Origin: Meyerozyma guilliermondii
Taxonomy: Eukaryota
Length of the DNA stretch: 64,000 nucleotides
Assembly: GCA_051546255.1 (NCBI GenBank)
Contig: CP128820.1
Coordinates: 124,001 to 188,000, forward strand
Direction: 5' to 3'
Of the stretch, positions 21,067 to 31,491 are shown one piece after another. The notes below the pieces were generated by a model that was given only the letters and a program-made list of their open reading frames with translations, did not search any database and was not told the DNA's origin. The position numbers and the translations under genes were made by a program. Every line of letters starts with the position of its first letter. Positions within the stretch are counted from its first letter, which is position 1.

Positions 21067-22187
21067 AAGCACGAGACGAGTACATGTGGGTGCCGATTTT
21101 ATTTTCTCGTACCTGCCTTAGTGGTCCGTTGCGGCTTGATAGGTTAATTTCATGTGGGATTCTGGCCAAACGTTGTAACGTTCCAAACCCCAGTGGGGAA
21201 TCTCCAAACCAGCCCCTTTCTACATCCCCTCTTTTTACAACAGAATGTCACATCTTTTAATAGACAAATTCTTCGCCATTAACGATCAATTGACCGTTAC
21301 GCTGGTTGCAATTTGCAACAATAGCGTGGGCCAATTGGTACTAGTTACCTAAACAGGATGCCTCACTACTTAATTGGGACGATTGGTGCGTGCGGCGCAT
21401 TCATGCACAATTATGCATCGCGACGCAGGGCCGAACTAGGCTCGTCTTTAAGCTTTTCCATTGATGAGGTACGCAGACGCAGTCTATTGCTTTAAATTGG
21501 CTTTTCAACTATAACCGAAGTCTGGACCGTTAAATCTTAAACGTTTTTCAACTCGTCTATGGTGAGCTGTTATGGTTGTTCCTACTTGGTAACTTTATTT
21601 TCAATCTCATCGTATTCGTCTCCAATGGCTGCATGATGCATGCAAGGAGTGCATGTCCGCTGACACAAATTTAGACGACACATTTTCGTCTAGGCCATGG
21701 CGCCATTCGCCGAATGTAACCGTATATAACCCGAATTTAACGAATATATATTTGGGTCTTTATCAAGTCTTACCAAGTCTACTTTTCTGCGCTTATTAAA
21801 CGCGTATAAAGAATCGAGGTGCCGCAGCTAATTGAAAGTGACAATTTTTTTTTTCATCAATTGTCTCGTGGGGCTAAAATCTGGCTTTTGTTTTTTGTAG
21901 GTCTTTTTCACCATCGGTCTTCAAAGCCGTCCGTAACACCGGACAATAATTGAAAAATAAAAACGCTGCATATATTGGTGCCGCAGTACCGTTTTCATTG
22001 TGGGTGCATATCAACTGTGCATTGTCGGTGCATTATCTGCGATTGAATTGCGCTTGGTAACTTTACTGTCACGAAACACGCCTTTCCGTTTATGGTGCCA
22101 CTCTAATCTCCAGGGTTTATAGTTGGTCTATTGGCAACCTATTATTATCATTTCTCAAATCAACTTTTTCATCCATATTCTTTGCAT

Positions 22188-23471
22188 ATGTTCACACAGA
22201 CCAATTACCCCCAGCACCTATACCGCAAGGAGCTAAGCTGCCATAATGCCACTCTCGAAGAATACGCTGAAGAAATCGTGGACGAGTTGAAATCAGCTTC
22301 TCAAAATTGCAAAAATCCCCCCCGGACTCATTTGTTCCAACAGCAGCCATATCTTACATTTGCAATCCGATGCAAGCTCGTTGACTTTTGCATGAAGATG
22401 GGCGTACGGTTGAAGATTATCCCGTTTGTTATATGTAAAGCAGTTACACTTTTCGACCGGTATTGCTCCACCAGAATAGTTCTCTTGGACCAAGCTCAGC
22501 TTATAATCACCACCTGTCTCTGGATAGCCGCCAAGGTCCAAGGCGGAAATAATCACTTCATCAATGTTCAAAATGCTGAAAAGTTCCCCGACGCAAAAAC
22601 TATCAACGACTTAGGATATGGAGCTGGAGGAAGGTATATTGGCCCCACACAAAGATATCGTATTCCCAAACTTAATGAGCTCGTGAAACTCTGCGGAGCC
22701 AAATGCAAATACGACGAGGGAATGTTCCGGCAAATGGAACTCCATATTCTTCTGACGTTGGACTGGCAGGTTAACGATACCAATATCGAAGACTATTTGA
22801 TTCAATCGAAGGAATTGGACTGTACCCAATACATCGAGCTGTTCAAAGTGAAAGAGTTTGTGGCGTATTGCAAGCTCTTCTCAGCAGATCTTCTCGAAGT
22901 GGATTACAGCAAGTTTGCATGTGTTTCTCTCGATGTGATCAACGAATTTGGTCTGCTCGAAAGAACTCAAACACCCAACATTTGCATCGAAAAATTGGAT
23001 GTCGAACAGTACAAACACATCAAAAAGCATATAATCAAGTCCATCGTGCTGGCGCCGGATTTCCTTCTTGGTCAATTTCCCATGCAAGGACCACAAATGT
23101 TGTACACCAATTTGGTGTCCAATTGTAGACACCCATACAACCCCCGAAAAGTGCCCAAAATCTTCAATTCCATCCCTGCTCCCCATAACTTGCCCGACTA
23201 TACCCTTCCCATAGATACAAATTACAGCATCAAAAGACCAGCCAAAGAACAAGCCCAATCTCTTGGAAATAAACCATTGTTGTTCATTCGGCTGGAAATC
23301 CAACAAAAGTCAGCAAGCCAAACCAGCATCGTTTCGACATCGTCCCGCGACGATACTTATACTTCTATTTTTGACCCTGACTCTCGTGGAGTTGGGGCTC
23401 ATACCCCAGTCACAGATGAGGAAAGTCCACTTCTTCAGTCAAAATCTCGCACTTTATCCCAGATACTTTAG
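22188..23471 (+). CDS. HGC1: G1 cyclin of the Hgc1 (Cln1/2-related) type
   Basis: Cyclin box QQPYLTFAIRCKLVDF, FDRYCSTRIVLLDQAQLIITTCLWIAAKVQGGNNHF, DLGYGAGGRY, ELVKLCGAKCKYD match recalled C. albicans Hgc1. Confidence 0.88.
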   Translation: MFTQTNYPQHLYRKELSCHNATLEEYAEEIVDELKSASQNCKNPPRTHLFQQQPYLTFAIRCKLVDFCMKMGVRLKIIPFVICKAVTLFDRYCSTRIVLLDQAQLIITTCLWIAAKVQGGNNHFINVQNAEKFPDAKTINDLGYGAGGRYIGPTQRYRIPKLNELVKLCGAKCKYDEGMFRQMELHILLTLDWQVNDTNIEDYLIQSKELDCTQYIELFKVKEFVAYCKLFSADLLEVDYSKFACVSLDVINEFGLLERTQTPNICIEKLDVEQYKHIKKHIIKSIVLAPDFLLGQFPMQGPQMLYTNLVSNCRHPYNPRKVPKIFNSIPAPHNLPDYTLPIDTNYSIKRPAKEQAQSLGNKPLLFIRLEIQQKSASQTSIVSTSSRDDTYTSIFDPDSRGVGAHTPVTDEESPLLQSKSRTLSQIL

Positions 23472-23790
23472 TCATATATAATAGTTCTCACCGGTACCGG
23501 CTTATGAATGCATCTTTTTTCGATTCAAGAAAAATCAAAAATAGCAAGTAGAAGGGGTAGCCAGAATTGCAGCCAATTCATTCACACAGGTCCAAGGAAA
23601 ATTCCTGCACCCAACAACACTGCCTCTACGCTGTCTACAGGACCAAGCTCACGAGAAAAAAAACAGCAATAAGAAGGATCCATATATCTGACAACAAGCT
23701 GCTTAAATAGTGGATCATTGGACGGTTTTTTCACTCCAGTTTGTTATTTCATACACTTACAATCGCTATATATAATTTTTTCTCGTCCAA

Positions 23791-24516
23791 ATGTGGTCTA
23801 TACTCTGGGTTGTGACGACCCTTATATCGATCGTGGCAGCCGATCCTAATATGAAAGAGCTTGCAGGCACGTGGACTTCAAAGCTGAACACAGTTTTCAC
23901 AGGTCCAGGGTTCTATGATCCAGTGGATGAACTTTTGATCCAACCAGATCTTCCAGGAATTTCATATTCTTTCACTGAAGATGGTCACTATGAAGAAGCA
24001 TTGTACCGCGTGACTTCCAACTCACAAAATCACTCTTGTGCCACCGCTGTGTTGATCTACCAGCACGGAACTTATGAGATCTTGAATAACGGCTCGTTGG
24101 TGATGACGCCCATTGCTGTTGATGGCAGACAATTATTGAGTGATCCATGTGGCTATAGTGAAACCGAATCTCAGTATACCAGATATGTCCAACCAACATG
24201 GTTTAAGGCCTACTACGTCCAGGTGGACTCGTATAGTGGAAAAATGAAGCTTCAAATCTACCAATTTGATGGCTCGTTGATGCAGCCTTTGTATTTGGCT
24301 TACAGTCCTCCATTAATGTTGCCCACAAAAGCATTGAATCCCACCGACAAGGCTTCTGAAACCAAGAGTTCACTCAGAAGAAAGGTCAAGAGATCGTTGG
24401 AAAACCAGTACCGAACGACCGCTGTCAAAAGCTTCAACTATGAAAAGTATGACAAGTACTGGTGGGCTGCTGTGGGTGTCATTGGGATTGCATCAGCTTC
24501 CGTGTTTTTGCATTAG
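23791..24516 (+). CDS. ROT1: ER membrane chaperone Rot1
   Basis: Signal peptide, GTWTSK[S]NTVFTGPGFYDP, YLAYSPPLMLPT, C-terminal TM. Confidence 0.95.
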   Translation: MWSILWVVTTLISIVAADPNMKELAGTWTSKLNTVFTGPGFYDPVDELLIQPDLPGISYSFTEDGHYEEALYRVTSNSQNHSCATAVLIYQHGTYEILNNGSLVMTPIAVDGRQLLSDPCGYSETESQYTRYVQPTWFKAYYVQVDSYSGKMKLQIYQFDGSLMQPLYLAYSPPLMLPTKALNPTDKASETKSSLRRKVKRSLENQYRTTAVKSFNYEKYDKYWWAAVGVIGIASASVFLH

Positions 24517-24727
24517 GAATATACAGGGACTATTGGTACCATGTAGCGCTGGACCTTGAGATGAGTTTGTGAAAGTTTTGTGCACAAAAGCCATGTACCG
24601 GTTTTTTGAGAAGCAGTTTGTACTTTCAAAAATCTTTTGGTTCCAGCAGAAATCAAGCACAAGGAACTACCCACGAAGGTTTCTAAGAAGATATTCCATT
24701 TGGCATTCTCTGCAAACAAGAACAAGA

Positions 24728-25690
24728 ATGGTAAAGAGTTCCAAGAACAGTCCCGACAAGTCACAGTCCAAAAAACGACCAAGGCGACCCAAACTCAATT
24801 CGAAGAAACAACAACTTCCTCCTGCAAAAGCAAAAGTCTTTTCTGATATCATGAATGAATTATTGTTAAATATTGTTGTCGTTGAACCCACAGCATGCGA
24901 AACGTCGGTTGGCACCGATAAGGCATGTGGCTCAAATCCCACTGCTCCTTCTATGTCGAAGACTCCTGTTGAGCCTGAGAGAACTCAAACAAAGCTGGCT
25001 AATGTGGAAAATGAAGACCAGTTCATTTCGGAGACAATTTCCACCAAATTTGCATTTTTGTTTCGTGTTATTGAAAAATTGATCAGAAAAGGAGGATTAT
25101 TGGCAAAAAAGCTCTGGCAGCAAGTTGAACGCTGGATTCTTGCCATGGTAAAATGTGTTGTTATGGAAGTTACCGAGAGTGCCAGAATATGCTTCGATAA
25201 GATTATACCGGTTCGCCTAATTCAACAATTTCAGGTTTCGTTAAGAATATGTGATGAAGTCAGGAATGCAGAGGAGACAGGTACCGAATCAGTAATTCTC
25301 CGGGGTCAGGAAACAAAGCTAAAGGAACCAGAAAAACGGCTGCAAATTTTCGCTGAAGTTTCTCAAGAAGCTCTTGAGGTTTCCATTCCAAAAGATTCCC
25401 TCACACCCCCCAATTCGTCCTTGAGCCCAGCTCCCTTCCTGCTCAGCACTATACTGTCACGATGCAAAACTGCATTCGAACCTCGCTCTTTTCAGCTTCC
25501 TACGATGTTTTCCATAACCAAAGGAGGAGCCAAGTTAGCTCGGCCAATAATCAAAGTTGATGCTGCTGCTGACACTTACGATATCGAGTTGGCGCCTAAG
25601 CCCTTCTTGTACCACTATGTGTCCAATGTCACTGCCAATTGCTGCAAAACTGGCATCTCTCTATTTAAGTGTAAGTCTCCAGTCAAGTAG
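24728..25690 (+). CDS. Hypothetical protein (320 aa), no recognised family
   Basis: Open frame fills the ROT1-VPS27 gap; basic N-terminus (KKRPRRPK). Start uncertain. Confidence 0.55.
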   Translation: MVKSSKNSPDKSQSKKRPRRPKLNSKKQQLPPAKAKVFSDIMNELLLNIVVVEPTACETSVGTDKACGSNPTAPSMSKTPVEPERTQTKLANVENEDQFISETISTKFAFLFRVIEKLIRKGGLLAKKLWQQVERWILAMVKCVVMEVTESARICFDKIIPVRLIQQFQVSLRICDEVRNAEETGTESVILRGQETKLKEPEKRLQIFAEVSQEALEVSIPKDSLTPPNSSLSPAPFLLSTILSRCKTAFEPRSFQLPTMFSITKGGAKLARPIIKVDAAADTYDIELAPKPFLYHYVSNVTANCCKTGISLFKCKSPVK

Positions 25691-25696
25691 ACGACA

Positions 25697-25762
25697 ATAT
25701 ACAGTATAGCTCCATATGCAATACACCTCCATATACAGTACAACACTTCAGCATATACAGTA
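25697..25762. repeat. ATATACAGTA x3 upstream of VPS27
   Basis: Exact copies at 25697, 25731 and 25753. Confidence 0.8.
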
Positions 25763-25814
25763 CCATACTGTTAAGTCACACTTACATCCCACACTATTGC
25801 CACCATTTAACATC

Positions 25815-27869
25815 ATGTCTTGGTTTGGAGGCGCCCCTTCGACGGCAGATTTGGATGCCAAGGTAGCAGAAGCAACTTCAGAACTGATTCCTGATGGCGA
25901 AGTTGATCTTCCTGTTGCATTGGAGATCACCGACGTTATCCGCAGTAAGAAAGTGGCACCTAAATTGTGTATGAGATCTTTGAAGAAACGTCTTACTATG
26001 GTTTATTCCAATCCAAATCTACTCAAGTCTACGTTGAAACTCATAGATTTGTGTGTCAAAAATGGCGGACATCATTTTTTGACGGAGATTTCTTCAAAGG
26101 AGTTCGTTGACTATTTGATAGATTACGTATTCAAGGTGCATTATGATACGAAGAAACTGTCGGTATTTAATAGCGAGGCAAAGCTAGATATTGGTATGCT
26201 TATATTGTCGCTTTTAAAGGAATGGTCTCAGTTGTTAAATCTGGTGGGGTTGGGATATTTGGGTTCAAGATGCACTCAATTGGTTCATCAAGGCTACGAG
26301 TTTCCTCAAAGTTCCGATATTCCCGCCCAATTTGCAGACGCTGAGGTCCCGCCCGACTGGGTAGATGCCAACGAGTGTATGATCTGCTACAATGCCTTTT
26401 CTGTACTCAACAGAAAACACCACTGCCGTTCTTGTGGCGGAGTATTCTGTCAGACCCATTCGTCCCATACTTCGCCGCTCGTATCCCTCGGTATCATGGA
26501 GCCCGTGAGAGTGTGTGACAACTGCTACGAGCAAATCAAGCTGAAAAATAGCGGCAATTTGAGCAAAGTTAGAAGGAGCAAAGTCGCATCCGATCAACCT
26601 ATGGACGAGGACGAGCAATTGCGACGTGCGATAGAGCTTAGTTTGAAGGATAGTGGACAAACAGTGAGCCAGCCGCAAGCTCCACCCCCTGAACCTCCTT
26701 CTACGAATAACGAGGACAATGACGATGAGATGAAAGCGGCCCTAGCAGCAAGTCTCCGAGAATTCGAACAGCAAGAAGCAGCCTATAAGAACCAGACGGC
26801 ACAACCGCCGCAGCAAAAACAGCACCTGTCGCTATATGACAATTTACTTCCCTCTTTGCTGTCAGATGTTCCTCAAGCCAGCTATCCAAGTTCCAGTTCC
26901 AATCCGTTTTCTTCAGAAGGTGCCCCTAAAGCTCAAGCACCTCCACCACTGCATCAGGACCTCACGCAAGCCGACGAGGATGCCATTAACGTGTTTGTCA
27001 CTTTGATGAGTGGGGTCAGAACCGATAGATCGAAGCAGGCCAATATTCTTTACGACAACCAACTCAACGATCTCCACAACAGAGTGGTTCAATTGAAGCC
27101 AAAACTCAACCGTGCAACACGCGAGGCAATCGAACGATACGAAACGTTCTTAGAAATGAACAATAAGATACTGACAATCACGAGACTTTACGATCAATAC
27201 TTGGAATCAAAGTTGACATCATTGTATGGTTCTCACAACATAAACCAAGATCCATGGAACTCGCAGCCTCAGTTCGAATCGCAGCACACCGGGTACCTGC
27301 TGGTTCAACAACCGGGTCACCAACCGGCTCATCAACCGGGTCACCAACTGGCCCAACCAACTGGTCCTACCGGTTCCACTCCACAGTACCCAAGTTATCC
27401 CGCTTATTCGCAGCCGCAATACGAACCTGAACAATCTCAGAATCATGAACAGTACACTGGTGAAGATGAATCTTATGGCACTACAAACAACACCGTGCCA
27501 GAAGTGCCGTACAATTACGCTTACGGAGCATCAGAGCCACCTCCAACTACATTTAGAGGCTACCCTCTGGAACCTCCAGAGACCGAAAGCTACACATCTC
27601 CAGAAAACATTTTGCCCAGAAACCCTACTCTGAACATTTATCCAACTAGGTCGCTATCACCACAGAGCCACGAGCTCAGCCCCATGGAACCACTGGAGCC
27701 TTTGGTACCTCCAGAGCGCCAGAATACAGCAGATGTAGAAGCTCGTTTTCCACCACTAGAGGGCGTGAGCTACCAGCCCAGTGAGCCTACGCTTGAATTC
27801 CCTACAATTCCTACATCACAACCGAGGGCACATTCGCCTCCGAAAGAAGAACCATTGATCGAATTATAA
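25815..27869 (+). CDS. VPS27: ESCRT-0 subunit Vps27/Hrs
   Basis: VHS, FYVE (RKHHCRSCG..RVCDNC), two UIMs (DEDEQLRRAIELSL, DDEMKAALAASL), GAT, C-terminal clathrin box LIEL. Start MSWFG 25815. Confidence 0.96.
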   Translation: MSWFGGAPSTADLDAKVAEATSELIPDGEVDLPVALEITDVIRSKKVAPKLCMRSLKKRLTMVYSNPNLLKSTLKLIDLCVKNGGHHFLTEISSKEFVDYLIDYVFKVHYDTKKLSVFNSEAKLDIGMLILSLLKEWSQLLNLVGLGYLGSRCTQLVHQGYEFPQSSDIPAQFADAEVPPDWVDANECMICYNAFSVLNRKHHCRSCGGVFCQTHSSHTSPLVSLGIMEPVRVCDNCYEQIKLKNSGNLSKVRRSKVASDQPMDEDEQLRRAIELSLKDSGQTVSQPQAPPPEPPSTNNEDNDDEMKAALAASLREFEQQEAAYKNQTAQPPQQKQHLSLYDNLLPSLLSDVPQASYPSSSSNPFSSEGAPKAQAPPPLHQDLTQADEDAINVFVTLMSGVRTDRSKQANILYDNQLNDLHNRVVQLKPKLNRATREAIERYETFLEMNNKILTITRLYDQYLESKLTSLYGSHNINQDPWNSQPQFESQHTGYLLVQQPGHQPAHQPGHQLAQPTGPTGSTPQYPSYPAYSQPQYEPEQSQNHEQYTGEDESYGTTNNTVPEVPYNYAYGASEPPPTTFRGYPLEPPETESYTSPENILPRNPTLNIYPTRSLSPQSHELSPMEPLEPLVPPERQNTADVEARFPPLEGVSYQPSEPTLEFPTIPTSQPRAHSPPKEEPLIEL

Positions 27870-28197
27870 GAGCTGCTAAATAGGCTTTGAGCCTTTGGTA
27901 GTTTTAAGCGCGGCTAGTAAAGACGATTACATAAGCAGATGAAAAATCTTTCTTTGAGGCAGCAACTCCCAAATTATCTTCATAGAAGACATTGGCTGAC
28001 ACTTAGATAGCCAGAATCCTTCCCTACCGGAGCCAAATTACACGAGGGGTGCCGCTTGACGTCTATCACTAGAAATACTCACTTGAAGTGAGTACGTAGA
28101 CCCCCAAACCAACCGCCAAAGAATATTGAGCAACGAGGCATTTTCTGACCCTGACAGTAAGCAAGGAAGCCCTAAGAATATCTGTCCACTTTTAGAT

Positions 28198-29496
28198 ATG
28201 GCCCCTTCCTTTGAGACCAACAATGAATTTGATTCAGATGTTTTATTGAAGAATCAGCCGATTCCCAAGAGGCTGCAAAATTTTGAAACAAAGTCCGTTG
28301 TGGCTAGTGGCTTACGAAGCAAGATTGCAAACATTGACCACGACTCCTGTGAAGCTGGTGACGAAGATTCGTTCTTTGTTGCTGATATTGGAGCGGTCGT
28401 TCGGAATTACCGGTTATGGCAGCAAGAATTGCCTCAGGTGCAACCCCATTACGCTGTTAAATGTAACACGGATATGAGGGTTATTGAAGCGCTTGCCAGA
28501 ATGGGATGTAATTTCGACTGTGCTTCGAAAACGGAAATTGACCAAGTTTTACTGTTGGGTGTTGATCCAGGTCGGATCGTGTATGCCAATCCTTGTAAGA
28601 CCAATTCTTATGTGCGTCACGCCAAGGATGTTGGTGTAAACTTGACGACGGTGGATAATGTCCATGAGTTGCAGAAGATCAAACGGTTTCATCCCGAGTG
28701 TGGAATCTTGATCAGAATCATGACGGATGACGAATCAGCCCAATGTAGATTGTCTACCAAGTTTGGGTGTTCGGTGAAGACTGCCGTGGAAGAGTTGTTT
28801 CCCTTGGCAAAGGAGTTGAACCTACGGGTACGTGGAGTCGCTTTCCACGTTGGTCTGGGAGCAACGGATTTGGACTCGATTTACAAAGCTGTTCAAGATT
28901 CAAGAATTCTCTTTGATTGTGGAATTGACCAATTCGGGTTCAAAGAAATGAATTTGCTTGATATTGGCGGCGGGTTCCAAGAACTGACCTTTGGCGAGTC
29001 GTCTGCCATGGTGCGTATGTCACTTGACAAGTTTTTTTCCAGTGCGTACCGGGAGCTTCATCCAGTTGAATTTATTGCTGAGCCAGGCCGGTTCATGGTT
29101 GCAAATGCTTTTACTTTGGCTGTCCATGTAATTGCGAGAAGAGATGTTAGGGAAGCTGAATCCGAAGTCCAGGCGATGTTGTACGTGAATGACGGAGTTT
29201 ATGGTAACCTCAACTGTATTCTCTTTGATCATCAGGTACCTCTGGCGTCTTTATTGACCCACAAGGGCCAGTTTGTTTACGGTTCCGAGCCAGATCCTGA
29301 ACTCAGTTTCTCAATTTGGGGACCTACTTGTGACGGATTGGATTGTATTTCCGGAAAATGCCAGTTGGCATTCAATGTAGAGGTGGGCGATTGGCTCTAC
29401 TTTCCCAACCTCGGTGCTTATACGTCTGCAGCCACTACCTCGTTTAACGGGTTCAAGGGCACAGCAGAAGTGGTCTACGTCAACTCCGAAAAGTGA
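28198..29496 (+). CDS. SPE1: Ornithine decarboxylase
   Basis: PLP Lys PHYAVKCN, FDCAS, FHVG[S]G, LDIGGGF, AEPGR, WGPTCDGLD, GAYT. Confidence 0.97.
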   Translation: MAPSFETNNEFDSDVLLKNQPIPKRLQNFETKSVVASGLRSKIANIDHDSCEAGDEDSFFVADIGAVVRNYRLWQQELPQVQPHYAVKCNTDMRVIEALARMGCNFDCASKTEIDQVLLLGVDPGRIVYANPCKTNSYVRHAKDVGVNLTTVDNVHELQKIKRFHPECGILIRIMTDDESAQCRLSTKFGCSVKTAVEELFPLAKELNLRVRGVAFHVGLGATDLDSIYKAVQDSRILFDCGIDQFGFKEMNLLDIGGGFQELTFGESSAMVRMSLDKFFSSAYRELHPVEFIAEPGRFMVANAFTLAVHVIARRDVREAESEVQAMLYVNDGVYGNLNCILFDHQVPLASLLTHKGQFVYGSEPDPELSFSIWGPTCDGLDCISGKCQLAFNVEVGDWLYFPNLGAYTSAATTSFNGFKGTAEVVYVNSEK

Positions 29497-29772
29497 GTAC
29501 TAGTTAGGCTAGGTAGTAATTATGTTTTGGATTCTGAAATGTAGGTTGCTGTCGAGTGAAGAGTACAAAAAAGAAAAATCTATACTAAAGAAAACAAAAA
29601 GAAGACAAAACCTACTTTTTTCCCCCTTTTTCTTCTCTTTCTCTCTCCCTGCCTTCCACTTTCTGCTTTCTCTTCGAGGCTTAGACGTCATTGCAAAAAA
29701 CCGCTACATAGCACCCGTGCACCCACGTCGCACAAGATACTCATTCTGGGTTGGAACTATTCTTTCTCCAAC

Positions 29773-31443
29773 ATGTCCAAAGGCTCCAGACAGATCAATA
29801 ATGCCCTAAGAGCGCTCAATGAAAAACAGTCAAGCGCAGAGCATAATACTGCTGATCTCAGCGTGTACATAACAGACGACGGTACCAAGTTAAACACCAA
29901 GGAAAGAGCGGTTCCAAGTGTAGAACCCCCAGCTTCGTTCAAGCCTAGTGATAGCGACGTGTTTCTCCCCAACGGGCTCCCCAATTGTGAGTTTCTCAAG
30001 GACCATTTTTTCAAAGAAGGTCGTCTCACCATCGACCAGGCTTCGAGAATTATTCATGATGCCACTGATCTTCTTGCTAGCGAGCCAAACTTGCTCCAGG
30101 TTCCAGCACCAGTTACAGTTTGTGGAGACGTTCATGGACAGTACTATGATCTCATGAAGCTTTTCGAGGTTGGCGGAGACCCTGCCACGACATCGTACCT
30201 CTTTTTGGGAGACTACGTTGACAGAGGATCGTTTTCCATCGAATGCTTAATCTACTTGTATGCGTTGAAATTAACGTATTCCGATACATTTTGGATGCTT
30301 CGAGGAAACCACGAGTGCCGTCATTTGACCGAGTACTTTACGTTCAAGGGCGAGTGTTTGCATAAGTATTCAGAGAGCTTGTATGAAGATGCGTTGCGAT
30401 CGTTCGAAGCTTTACCGCTTGCTGCAATTATGAACCGGCAATTTTTCTGCGTTCACGGTGGACTTCTGCCGGACTTGAAGTCGTTGGACGACGTGGTCAA
30501 TATCGATAGGTTCAGAGAGCCACCAACCAAAGGGTTGATGTGCGATTTGCTCTGGGCCGATCCGGTGGAAGATTACGACGACGATAACATGGACAGAGCA
30601 TTTGTGAAAAACACCGTACGTGGATGTTCGTATGCATTCACCTACAAAGCTTCGTGCCAATTTCTTGAACGTACTGGACTCTTGTCGGTTGTTCGAGCCC
30701 ACGAAGCACAAGATGCTGGTTACAGAATGTACAAGAGAACCAAAACCATGGGGTTCCCGTCGTTGTTAACGATGTTCTCTGCCCCAAATTACTTGGACAA
30801 CTACAACAACAAGGCTGCTGTGCTCAAGTACGAAAATAACGTGATGAATATCCGACAATTCAATTCACTGCCTCATCCCTACTGGCTTCCTCACTTTATG
30901 GATGTTTTCACGTGGTCACTTCCCTTTGTGGGAGAAAAAGTCACCGATATGTTGGTGTCTATTTTGAACATTTGCACCGAAGAAGAATTGGGAGACGACT
31001 CCAACTTTGACACTGACGATGGAGGAGAAACGCCTACTAGTTCGCCAACTACGGTTGCTCCTATATCAACGTCTTCTGTGTCTTCGTCAGACGACATTGA
31101 AGCCAAACGGTTAGCACTCAGAAACAAAGTAATAGCCATCGGACGAGTGTCGAGAATGTACCTGGTATTGAGACAAGAGTCTGAAGATATTGCTCTATTA
31201 AAGCTGATGAACAGCGGAACACTTCCCAAGGGTTCGTTGCTGAACGGCCGCGAGGGATTGCGCCAGACTATCAAGTCGTTTGATGAGGCTCGTCAAGCCG
31301 ATTTGGTGAACGAAGCGTTACCTCCAACCAAGGAAGAAAGAGCCCGGATGGGCCAAGAACGAACCCAAAAAATCCAGAAAGACTTGGAGAAAGATAACGA
31401 AAGTCCCGTGTTCCAGAGGTTAATCAGGAAGTTGTCTAGTTAG
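29773..31443 (+). CDS. CNA1: Calcineurin catalytic subunit A (PP2B)
   Basis: GDVHGQ, GDYVDRG, RGNHE, SAPNY, CnB-binding [15 protein letters not shown], CaM-binding [15 protein letters not shown], autoinhibitory [17 protein letters not shown]. Confidence 0.97.
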   Translation: MSKGSRQINNALRALNEKQSSAEHNTADLSVYITDDGTKLNTKERAVPSVEPPASFKPSDSDVFLPNGLPNCEFLKDHFFKEGRLTIDQASRIIHDATDLLASEPNLLQVPAPVTVCGDVHGQYYDLMKLFEVGGDPATTSYLFLGDYVDRGSFSIECLIYLYALKLTYSDTFWMLRGNHECRHLTEYFTFKGECLHKYSESLYEDALRSFEALPLAAIMNRQFFCVHGGLLPDLKSLDDVVNIDRFREPPTKGLMCDLLWADPVEDYDDDNMDRAFVKNTVRGCSYAFTYKASCQFLERTGLLSVVRAHEAQDAGYRMYKRTKTMGFPSLLTMFSAPNYLDNYNNKAAVLKYENNVMNIRQFNSLPHPYWLPHFMDVFTWSLPFVGEKVTDMLVSILNICTEEELGDDSNFDTDDGGETPTSSPTTVAPISTSSVSSSDDIEAKRLALRNKVIAIGRVSRMYLVLRQESEDIALLKLMNSGTLPKGSLLNGREGLRQTIKSFDEARQADLVNEALPPTKEERARMGQERTQKIQKDLEKDNESPVFQRLIRKLSS

Positions 31444-31491
31444 TATGAACGTTTATGACCCACGCCTAGTAATAATTGTCAGCCGCGCGAA

